NCBI GenBank assembly: GCA_047617785.1
Contig: JBLGBK010000010.1
Coordinates: 1-28,698 of the forward strand
From: Colwellia polaris
GTDB taxonomy: Archaea; Nanohalarchaeota; Nanosalinia; Nanosalinales; Nanosalinaceae
Direction: 5' to 3'
Length of the DNA: 28,698 bases
In this document: one piece after another, positions 9,403-17,128 of the stretch
Numbering within the stretch: position 1 is the stretch's first letter
How the letters are laid out: the number at the start of each line of letters is the position of its first letter
Notes under the pieces: model-generated
What the model was told of the DNA's origin: nothing
Seen by the model: the letters and a program-made list of their open reading frames with translations, nothing else
Databases searched by the model: none
Position numbers and translations under genes: made by a program

Positions 9403-10155
9403 TTAATGGTAAAGCTCTTCAACTGCGTCATCTACGAGTCCTTCAGTTTTCTCTTGGGAAAGAGCAGGTAGCTCCGTTACTTCTATATCTTTGCTCTGTA
9501 ACACCCAGTTAAAGATCTCATAAGCTATACTGTAGCCTTCTTCTTCACTCCATTCTCCTCCACGGTCGAGAAGGTTACTTTCCTCTCTCGTCTTCTCCAG
9601 TTCTTGACTTAGTTTTTCAACATCAGGATTAACTACTCCAAGTTGCCGATGATTAGGATTTCTCCCATAGCCTTTGACTTCATCTACTTCTGCAGCTGCG
9701 TTGGTTGAATGACCTTCAAAAAGTACGTTGTCATACATCGAGCCTCTTAGCCTTTTTCTTAGTTCCTCATCTGTGTGATGATCGTAGAAGTCTATGTGAG
9801 CTCGCTCATGCACTGTCGTGTTCTTCAGGGCAGCTTCCCAGCCATTTTTTGAGTCATCGGCGTAAAGAAAGATGAAGTCACGATCCACGTCGTCAAACCA
9901 GGAACCGTAAGCGAAGCCATGAACATGGAAGTTCAAACCTGTCTCCACATCCCAGCGCTCATCCACTTTCTTCGGATCAGCAAGGCCGAAAACTACCTCT
10001 ACATCCGAACTCATCCCTAGAACCATTTCAGCATCGTTTAGCGCCTCTTCAATAGCTTCCTTATACTTTGAAACATTTTCAGGTTTCTTTAGAAGTCCTT
10101 CATAATGTGAAGAAAGGTAGTCGTCCTCTTCTGGATCGTAGGTTTGGAATTTCAC
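9403..10155 (-). CDS. putative Zn-dependent peptidase (DUF2268-like)
   Basis: HExxH motif (TVHERAH), downstream FEGHS third ligand, and EGYSIAYEI; this matches the DUF2268 layout. GTG start. Confidence 0.65.
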   Translation of the reverse strand: MKFQTYDPEEDDYLSSHYEGLLKKPENVSKYKEAIEEALNDAEMVLGMSSDVEVVFGLADPKKVDERWDVETGLNFHVHGFAYGSWFDDVDRDFIFLYADDSKNGWEAALKNTTVHERAHIDFYDHHTDEELRKRLRGSMYDNVLFEGHSTNAAAEVDEVKGYGRNPNHRQLGVVNPDVEKLSQELEKTREESNLLDRGGEWSEEEGYSIAYEIFNWVLQSKDIEVTELPALSQEKTEGLVDDAVEELYH

Positions 10156-10308
10156 GAGAAAAACTGTCGGAAATTAAACTTTAGTAAGTATCCGTGATGT
10201 TCGTCAAGCAAAAACTCTTCCTTTCCTGCTATAATCGAAACAATAATTCTTATCTTAGCCTCTATCTTTGTTTAGAAGTCTTAAAGTTTTTCCTGCATAG
10301 GTAACAAC

Positions 10309-11058
10309 ATGAGAGAACGCAGTCCCGATGTTGAAGAACTGTATTCTGAAGCACGAAAGACAGATAGGTTGCATGTAGATAACTGGCGAGATGATGAGTT
10401 AGAGTGGAGTGAGAACTCTGAAGCGTATGAGGCTTCCAACTTTTTTGTCTGGGATGTTGAGCCCGGAAGGTTTAATCATTCTACTGAAGTGCCTGAGGAG
10501 ATAGTAGTCCTTCCAGATACTTATGAAGGATTCGTTGAGGGGGCTGGTTTCCTTGTGAGAACTCCGCTTTACGATGATCAGGATCTAGAAGATGCTAAAG
10601 AAGTTCTTGGGGAAGAAAATATTGTTGGAAAAGGTGGTGGCGGTTTCAGAGGAGTTGAGGATCTTGATACTCCGAAAGATGTAATGCAGCTACACCAGCT
10701 TGCTGACAGATTAGGTATTGATGTTTACACGCCTTCAGAATGGGATTATGGGCTTCCGCATCCTGAAGAATCAGGCAACCAAGTTATTGATGACTGGCGT
10801 CAAACTGCGTTCCAGGGTGTAGAAAACTTTGTTGACAATTATACTACAGATGCCACTGGTAGATGGAGTCGTGAAGTAATCGATGAGTTTACAGATAACG
10901 GAAAGAGAACAGCATTCATAACATACGCAAGCCGTGATGGCAACTACACTGAAGAAGACATGGAGTATATCAACGAGACAAATGAGGGCGGGTTATCCTA
11001 CCACACTCCTTTTACGATGAACCAGATCTTAGGAGGAAATGTACTTGAAGCAGACTAA
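10309..11058 (+). CDS. acidic hypothetical protein
   Basis: 249-aa ORF, ATG start with CTTAAA TATA-like box ~25 nt upstream, strongly acidic composition; no family recognised. Confidence 0.7.
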   Translation: MRERSPDVEELYSEARKTDRLHVDNWRDDELEWSENSEAYEASNFFVWDVEPGRFNHSTEVPEEIVVLPDTYEGFVEGAGFLVRTPLYDDQDLEDAKEVLGEENIVGKGGGGFRGVEDLDTPKDVMQLHQLADRLGIDVYTPSEWDYGLPHPEESGNQVIDDWRQTAFQGVENFVDNYTTDATGRWSREVIDEFTDNGKRTAFITYASRDGNYTEEDMEYINETNEGGLSYHTPFTMNQILGGNVLEAD

Positions 11059-11101
11059 AAAGAAAAAATAATTGAAGAGAGATTATAGTTTCAGGTATTT
11101 T

Positions 11102-11707
11102 TTATCGATCTTCTCCTAGAATGAGTTCTCCTTTGATGAATCCTTCGAGTGCTCTCTTGGAGTCTGCTTTAGATAGACCTGCTTCAGAAGCTATTGCTTC
11201 TATGAGTTCTGCTTTGTTCATAGGGCTTTCTTTCTGGTAGAGTCCTGTTCGTGCACTTCTCTTCGAGATCTCTGTTCCTTTTATTTCAAGGGTGTCTCCT
11301 TTTCTTTCTGCTGCGATAGCTACATCGGGGTATCCGTCCCCGTCAAGGTCTCCTAGATCAAGTCCGTTTACAGTTTTGGAAAGTTCTGCTCCTGCCTTGA
11401 ACTTTGGATCCTTTTTCTCAGCTTTGACAGCTGAAACTATTGTACCTTGGTTTGTTGAGATTAGCTCCGTCTCCGTTAAATCTCCTAGTCCGTCTCCGTC
11501 GCTATCGGAATCGCTGAAATTCCAAGTGTAGACTGCGAGCGCTACTTTCCCTTGTCTGATGGTGTTTTCAGGACATGTTTCTGGACCACATTTCTCTTGG
11601 TATAGCGGATTGCTGGCTTCAGCTCCTCGATCCTGATAAATTGGATTCGCAAGAACTGCTGTGCTCAAAGCCAGAGCGAGCGTCATAAATATTACGATTT
11701 TTTTCAT
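11102..11707 (-). CDS. secreted mosaic protein carrying HU fragments and FG-GAP, TSP3-like and NPxY motifs
   Basis: Signal peptide MKKIVIFMTLALALSTAVLA. Internal segments PKFKAGAELSKTVN, ISKRSARTG and MNKAELIEAIASEAGLSKADSKRALEGFI (HU-like), LGDLDGDGYPDVAIA (FG-GAP) and DSDSDGDGLGD. Confidence 0.75.
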   Translation of the reverse strand: MKKIVIFMTLALALSTAVLANPIYQDRGAEASNPLYQEKCGPETCPENTIRQGKVALAVYTWNFSDSDSDGDGLGDLTETELISTNQGTIVSAVKAEKKDPKFKAGAELSKTVNGLDLGDLDGDGYPDVAIAAERKGDTLEIKGTEISKRSARTGLYQKESPMNKAELIEAIASEAGLSKADSKRALEGFIKGELILGEDR

Positions 11708-11834
11708 GGCAAGGTTTACAATTGTTGCTACGCCTATAAGTAGTTATCTGTTTTTCTTTAATCTCTATTCTTGGCGGAATATTGTCTCTTGTTTACCTCA
11801 CAGTGATAAAAACTACTACAGATCTTCTGTTTTC

Positions 11835-12545
11835 ATGTCTTCAGAAAATAGTTTCGAAGCCCTTCCGGAACTTCCTACAGAGATGTGGGTTCCCGAGCTG
11901 CGAGATTTTGACATGCCTGAGTGGGGTAACGTAGAAGGTACTCTTTCCGGCCGTATCCGCAAAATGAATTTAGATGATGTTATTGAGGAGTACGTGTCCG
12001 AGGACGATATAGTAGTTGAAGTCGGATCCTCTAAAGGCTATACCAGTGTTGAAATAGCGAATATAACTGACGCACAGGTTCTAGGAGCAGATGTTCCAGA
12101 AGCATTTTCCAGAGGTACAGCAAATAATAGATACGGCAAGGGACCTGAGCCAGATTACGTTTCGGGTATAGCACCTTTCCTACCCATAAAAGATGAAAGT
12201 GTCGACGGAATTGTAGCTCTGAACTCTGTCAGCTATTTATGTAGAAATATCGGCTCGCTTGCCACAGATTACGAGGAGGGCGCATCCGAACAACAGCTTG
12301 AGAAATTGGAAGAGCTTCACAGCCAGAGTATGGCAAAGAACCTTCTAGATGACTTTGATCGGATAACTGGAGAAAGCGGCTACGTTATTCTAGGAGAACA
12401 GACCGACAGTAGCTACTTGGTTCTGGAGAAAGATGACAAAGAATGGAAAACTACAGATTATGGTTCATTCCCAGAACATGATGGCGAATCTCTTCACACG
12501 CGTTATCGCTCATGGATTCTTGACGAGAACGTAGAACATATATAA
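11835..12545 (+). CDS. class I SAM-dependent methyltransferase
   Basis: VVEVGSSKGYTS (motif I), VLGADV, LPIKDESVDGIVALNSV, GYVILGE. ATG 11835 is preferred over the ORF-track start at 11661, which overlaps the divergent gene. Confidence 0.75.
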   Translation: MSSENSFEALPELPTEMWVPELRDFDMPEWGNVEGTLSGRIRKMNLDDVIEEYVSEDDIVVEVGSSKGYTSVEIANITDAQVLGADVPEAFSRGTANNRYGKGPEPDYVSGIAPFLPIKDESVDGIVALNSVSYLCRNIGSLATDYEEGASEQQLEKLEELHSQSMAKNLLDDFDRITGESGYVILGEQTDSSYLVLEKDDKEWKTTDYGSFPEHDGESLHTRYRSWILDENVEHI

Positions 12546-12573
12546 CCCAATACAAACACTCTTTTCAGATTTT

Positions 12574-13185
12574 TTAGACTTCTGTGTTGAGCTTTGATGC
12601 TCTGTCATTGTATTCTGTGTTCAGTAGCTGGTAGATCGGCGGTTCTGTTTCGTATAGCCCAAGATCGTTTGTTTCTACATTTTCTCTGGCTTCTTCTTCG
12701 TTATCTATTAGCCAGTCAAACTGTCTATCAAGCTTCTGATACGCTCTTACAACTGCGTCGGAGTATTCGATTAAAGTTCCGGCTATGCTCAGTTTTTCTT
12801 CTTGTACCTCTAGTTCATCGTCGTAGACATCGGCAAATATGACTGCTTCTTTCCAGGAATCTATACTGTCGTATCTGCCGTCTTCTGTATCTTCAAGCCA
12901 GTCTTCAAGATCGAAGTATCCCTTTTTACTTCCCTTTGAGACGGTTGCTCGCATCTCAGAGTACTCTATAAGAGAGTCCAAAGCATCAAGTTCATCGAAA
13001 ACAGATTCAAGAAGCGAGGATACTTGATTAAAAGTTCTTTCTGCATCTTTACCTTGATCGGAGTCTTCTAAATTATCAATAGCTTCTCTATAATTTTCTT
13101 CTTGTTGTTCTAGAGTTACGGCTAGACCTGATAACTGGTCTATATGATCTAGAAATTCCTCGCTGATGTGGCTTTTCCTGCTCAC
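12574..13185 (-). CDS. acidic helical/coiled-coil hypothetical protein
   Basis: 203-aa ORF, GTG start, heptad-like acidic helices; TATA-like TTTAAG ~25 nt upstream. Confidence 0.65.
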   Translation of the reverse strand: MSRKSHISEEFLDHIDQLSGLAVTLEQQEENYREAIDNLEDSDQGKDAERTFNQVSSLLESVFDELDALDSLIEYSEMRATVSKGSKKGYFDLEDWLEDTEDGRYDSIDSWKEAVIFADVYDDELEVQEEKLSIAGTLIEYSDAVVRAYQKLDRQFDWLIDNEEEARENVETNDLGLYETEPPIYQLLNTEYNDRASKLNTEV

Positions 13186-13375
13186 CTGTCTGTATTGGAG
13201 ACCAAAACTTAAACTCTTAGTGATTGTATCTTTAGGATAAGAAAATTAATCCCTGCAACAATCTATCTAAGTATCTCTACACGGATATCTATTTCCGGTT
13301 CTTTTGAGGAGAGATTTTTGGTATTGCTACAAAAAATAGAATCTTTTAATTGTTGCTATGTTATAGTTACACATA

Positions 13376-13924
13376 ATGTCCGAATATGATTTCTCCAACG
13401 TTGATCCAGAAGCATTTGACTGGCTTGATTATGCAGAGGAATTCTTCAAGCACGATGGCGATTTTGACTACGGACGTGTTCGCACTATACCTGCGAGAAA
13501 TGGCAAATCCTATGTAAATATTGAAGACGAGTTCAGGCAGCTTGAGGAAATGTATGAGGCTGCTCCTGATAAAGTAGCAGAGCCACTGATGACTTTAGAA
13601 AAGAATGGCGAAGTTCGGGGTTTCTACATAGAACGAGTTGAAGGAGAACATATTACCGATTACTTTAGCGAGGGAAAAGGAGATATAGAAAGGCATCTAG
13701 AGATTTTAGATAAGGTAGAAGAGTTCGTCAATACTATGGGCGAAGAAGGTCTAGTGCACGGCGATTTATCGAACAATATTCTCTATGACGGGGAGCGCAT
13801 CAAAGTTATTGATCCGGTCGGTCAGCCCGAGGAACAAGAAGACTTTGAGATTTTCCGGGAACTAGACGAAGGCTCTTTACAAGTACTGGAGAACCGATCA
13901 CCGTATCTATGGAGCCAGAGTTGA
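13376..13924 (+). CDS. atypical protein-kinase-like protein (RIO/Bud32/APH superfamily)
   Basis: EFRQLEEMY (helix C), VAEPL, YIERVEG (hinge), GLVHGDLSNNIL (catalytic loop), IKVIDP (Mg-binding). Confidence 0.7.
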   Translation: MSEYDFSNVDPEAFDWLDYAEEFFKHDGDFDYGRVRTIPARNGKSYVNIEDEFRQLEEMYEAAPDKVAEPLMTLEKNGEVRGFYIERVEGEHITDYFSEGKGDIERHLEILDKVEEFVNTMGEEGLVHGDLSNNILYDGERIKVIDPVGQPEEQEDFEIFRELDEGSLQVLENRSPYLWSQS

Positions 13925-13959
13925 TTATCTTTAAATCTCAGTTCTAACGAAATTTTAAT

Positions 13960-14448
13960 GTGGATATTTCTGAAAAGGTTGATAGAATAAGAGAAAGCTT
14001 GGATAAGAGAAGCTATACTCAGAAAATAGGTTTTCTAGGATTTATAGCGGGTTTAATTTTGTTCTTTAATCATTCTCACTTTATTGGCTTTGGTAGAGGG
14101 CTAGTGTATTCAATATTTACTGGAGTTGCAACAGGTTATACAGTGGAGAGAGTTGGCAAAAAAGGGGTTCTGACGCCGGTTATATTGACGCTCGTATATC
14201 TGTTCTTCATGTTGTCTAGCGGTTGCCTGATGTATATGCCTACTTATGTCCCGCAGGAAAACATGTTTACGGGAGAGATTCGATCAGGTTCTTGGGAAGG
14301 TATCCGGCTTGAGTTCTGTGATAAAGATGAGCTTCCATGGTACTACACTGAACTCGATCCTGAAAACAAGGAAAAGGTTTGCAGCACGAATAAATGGAAT
14401 GGCTCTATTTTCTGCAAAGAATATGCAACTAATGTTTCTGGTACGTAG
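13960..14448 (+). CDS. membrane protein (3 TM) with Cys-containing extracellular C-terminus
   Basis: Three hydrophobic segments, then ENMFTGE..C....PWYY...C...C. GTG start; TTTAAA ~25 nt upstream. Confidence 0.65.
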   Translation: MDISEKVDRIRESLDKRSYTQKIGFLGFIAGLILFFNHSHFIGFGRGLVYSIFTGVATGYTVERVGKKGVLTPVILTLVYLFFMLSSGCLMYMPTYVPQENMFTGEIRSGSWEGIRLEFCDKDELPWYYTELDPENKEKVCSTNKWNGSIFCKEYATNVSGT

Positions 14449-14517
14449 AAGCAACTATTGTTCTGTCCTCCAATATTAGTAGTTATTTAACAGTAACATT
14501 AGCTATTTTGGGTTGTT

Positions 14518-15747
14518 ATGTCGAAAGCCATAAATTTTGATGAGACTGAATCCCTTGAAGAATTAGGCGAAAAACTAGAAGACCTGCGTGTAAGAAGAAA
14601 TGATCTTAACCAAGAAGCAAGAGAAGAGCTAAAGCCTTTGGAAGATGTTATACGTTATGGCGTAGAAGGTTTAGAAGGACAACACTACCTTGACCCCAAT
14701 CACCTAATTGAAGCAGCAGCAAAAGCAGCTTTGCCTGAAGAAAAAATTGAAGATAATAACTATACTTGGGAAGACTGGGATACAGAAAAGAAAAAAATAT
14801 TTAACGGCCCTCAAGCACCAAAAAACGGAATAAGAACATTGAATTCAAGCATCCAGAGAGATCAGAGTCCTGTAGACCGAAGTTTAAACAGGCCGGTAGA
14901 TCAGATAATAGAAGATCTTCCACAAACATGGGCGGAAGCAGATGAAATGTTCTCAAATCCGCCTGAAGAATACGAAGTAGACGAGTTCTTCGAGAACACA
15001 CGCGAACTACTAGATAAGGCCGATTTCAGACCTTACAAACAAATGGTCTATGATGCTATGGCAGATGGCGAGATAACAGAACAAGATTTCAACAGCCTTA
15101 TAGAATGGAATAGCGAAATTGAAGATGCTATTGAAAGTATCAAGGACTTAGGGACTGCAGTTCTAGATATTAAACATGGAGGTGTTGAAGAAATCAATGA
15201 AGCTCCTTCAGGTAGAGTAACACTTCCTGAGGCACCTGAAGATTTCGCAGCAAACTTCACAAATGGAATGATTAACGCATACGACGGAATCCTCACCATG
15301 TATGAAAACGCCGTAGAAGCAAAACAAACATCTGCAGCTAGCCAAGAAGAGAGTTTGCCAGTCAAGGAATACAGACAGCAAATTAAAGTAGACGATGAAG
15401 TCCTTCCGGAAGAAGCATCAATGTACGAGCAGCAGCTTTTCGATGCAGGTGCACGTTATAACCATGAATCAGAAGGCGGTGAAGTTGATGTTGACATGAT
15501 GCACAAGATTGTCCGAGATGTACGCGGCCTGGATGTTTCTGATGATCTAACTCCTTCCTACGAGGATAAGCAGGCTGAAGCATACGCAGACCTGAAAGGA
15601 GCAGTTGAAGCTATCGTAGAAGATTCTAGCATGACTATAGGAAATGGTGCCGGTAACAGAAAGTCACTAAACCAGCTTGTAGCAGGAATCAGATACACAG
15701 AAGGAAACGATGCCGTCTACGAAGACGAACACGTTATAGAAAGGTAA
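14518..15747 (+). CDS. acidic hypothetical protein
   Basis: 409-aa ORF, helical and highly acidic; TATTTAA ~30 nt upstream; no family recognised. Confidence 0.75.
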   Translation: MSKAINFDETESLEELGEKLEDLRVRRNDLNQEAREELKPLEDVIRYGVEGLEGQHYLDPNHLIEAAAKAALPEEKIEDNNYTWEDWDTEKKKIFNGPQAPKNGIRTLNSSIQRDQSPVDRSLNRPVDQIIEDLPQTWAEADEMFSNPPEEYEVDEFFENTRELLDKADFRPYKQMVYDAMADGEITEQDFNSLIEWNSEIEDAIESIKDLGTAVLDIKHGGVEEINEAPSGRVTLPEAPEDFAANFTNGMINAYDGILTMYENAVEAKQTSAASQEESLPVKEYRQQIKVDDEVLPEEASMYEQQLFDAGARYNHESEGGEVDVDMMHKIVRDVRGLDVSDDLTPSYEDKQAEAYADLKGAVEAIVEDSSMTIGNGAGNRKSLNQLVAGIRYTEGNDAVYEDEHVIER

Positions 15748-15755
15748 AAAATAGC

Positions 15756-15787
15756 TTAGAGAGAGGATTTTTCTCCTCTCTTTCTAA
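15756..15787. terminator. hairpin between convergent genes
   Basis: GAGAGGA-TTTTTC-TCCTCTC (15761-15780), extendable by TTAGA/TCTAA. Confidence 0.5.
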
Positions 15788-16099
15788 ATCATTCCTCCTA
15801 CATAGTCTATCCCAAAACTCATTATTGCGCCTGCTAGCCAGGCTATCATGGCGATTACAAGTGCAACAAGTCAGTTTTCATCGTATATTTTGGCTGCGTA
15901 CGCCACGAAAAGTATAGGTGCAATAAGCGGAAGCGGGATTAGAGATAGTATCATCCCTACGCCTGCCAGATGTATCGCCTGAGTTAATTTTACATCTTTA
16001 GAAGGTGGTAAAAGGAATTTTGCGGATGTGTGAAGTACTGCTACTCTAATGGCAAATATAAGTAATAGGACTGGTATGTACTACAGTTCCTATCTCCAT
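15784..16099 (-). pseudogene. disrupted small multi-TM membrane protein gene
   Basis: ATG 16099 (MEIGTV), a frameshift near 16080, then YIPVLLLIFAIRVAVLHTSAKFLL...LSLIPLPLIAPILFVAYAAKIYDEN*LVALVIAMIAWLAGAIMSFGIDYVGGMI*. The in-frame TGA at 15873-15871 sits where Trp fits. Confidence 0.65.
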
Positions 16100-16136
16100 T
16101 TATGGCCTTCTTACTTTTACTAAGAGTTATATTTCT

Positions 16137-16366
16137 ATGAAGGATGATAATGAGGGTTCATTTTCTGTTTTAATGCTTATATTAGGTTGGATATTGTAGC
16201 AATAAGTCTTAGTGGATTATAGATGCAGTCTCAGGATATGCAGATGGGCGGATAATTTTCTGGGTTTCTGTTAATAATGAGTTTCCTGGATATCAGTTTC
16301 TTCTCGCGGGTGATGAAGAGGGGAGTGTTCAACTACTTTGATGAAAGAGAGAGCGAGGTTCGATGA
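16137..16366 (+). pseudogene. possible decayed small 2-TM membrane protein gene
   Basis: MKDDNEGSFSVLMLILGWI, then after a frameshift VAISLSGL*MQSQDMQMGG*FSGFLLIMSFLDISFFSRVMKRGVFNYFDERESEVR*. Protein-like hydrophobic pattern but three lesions. Confidence 0.3.
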
Positions 16367-16419
16367 TTGTCGAACATTATATAAGGTCTTTATAACTGGT
16401 ACGGTCCTATAATTTTGTT

Positions 16420-16959
16420 ATGAAGAAACTAGTACTTACTTTGACGGTATTACTTTCGGTAGGACTTTCTACAGCAGTTGTAGGAGGTCCAAACCCTGAT
16501 GATGGGGGAATGGCAATCACATCTGGCGGAAGTGCAGAAGCAACTACGTCTGTAAACAAAAATGGTACTGAATATACATCCTATTTCTCAGTGACCAATG
16601 TAACACAGACAAATGACACTGGCGTAACTAATTCCAGCTTCGACGGTGATACGGTAACGTTCACTGGAGTTTACCAGACGCCTACACCTTGCTACGAACT
16701 AAATCATGAGGTAGAGAGAAACGGCAACAGCTACAACTTTGACGTCACGCCCTCAGAGACAGGAAATGGTACATGTGCACAGGTAGTAACTTATCACAAG
16801 TATGACGCAAACTTCACAGCGGATCATGCATACAAACTGAACGTAACTCATGACGGCGAGGATGTAGAAGTCATTAGTCATCCCGGTCTTGAAGATAGAG
16901 GTCAGAGAGGGTTCTTTGCACAGTTGTTAGGTGCTTTAATCTCGCTTATTGTGAGTTAA
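16420..16959 (+). CDS. secreted/surface glycoprotein with PrcB-C-like domain and C-terminal amphipathic anchor
   Basis: Signal peptide; TPTPCY...CAQVVT motif; seven N-x-S/T sequons; tail RGFFAQLLGALISLIVS. Confidence 0.65.
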   Translation: MKKLVLTLTVLLSVGLSTAVVGGPNPDDGGMAITSGGSAEATTSVNKNGTEYTSYFSVTNVTQTNDTGVTNSSFDGDTVTFTGVYQTPTPCYELNHEVERNGNSYNFDVTPSETGNGTCAQVVTYHKYDANFTADHAYKLNVTHDGEDVEVISHPGLEDRGQRGFFAQLLGALISLIVS

Positions 16960-17128
16960 GACTGCTTTAATTTTAGATTTCCTTTTTTCTTTTTCTTAGA
17001 AGTAGGAAAACTTCAGAGGTCTTGATCATTTAGGATCAAGTTAGAGAAAAACGAACCGAAAAAGAGAACGAATACTGGCCGGGACAAAGGCCTTTTCTCA
17101 GGCATAGCCAGTTTTTTACAGATCTTTT

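Noticed and set aside
11135-11221. Stand-alone or pseudogenised HU gene
   Set aside because: Only 29 codons are HU-like here, they are in frame within the secreted ORF, and the other HU-like parts lie upstream in reverse order.
11661-11834. ORF-track N-terminal extensions (also 24613-24660, 25805-25960, 27342-27362, 28255-28263)
   Set aside because: They overlap neighbouring genes, promoters or SD sites and lack family similarity; the downstream starts fit better.
15871-15873. TGA as Trp or Sec recoding (alternative genetic code)
   Set aside because: The same gene also has a frameshift, TGA acts as a stop elsewhere in the window, and other genes use TGG for Trp.
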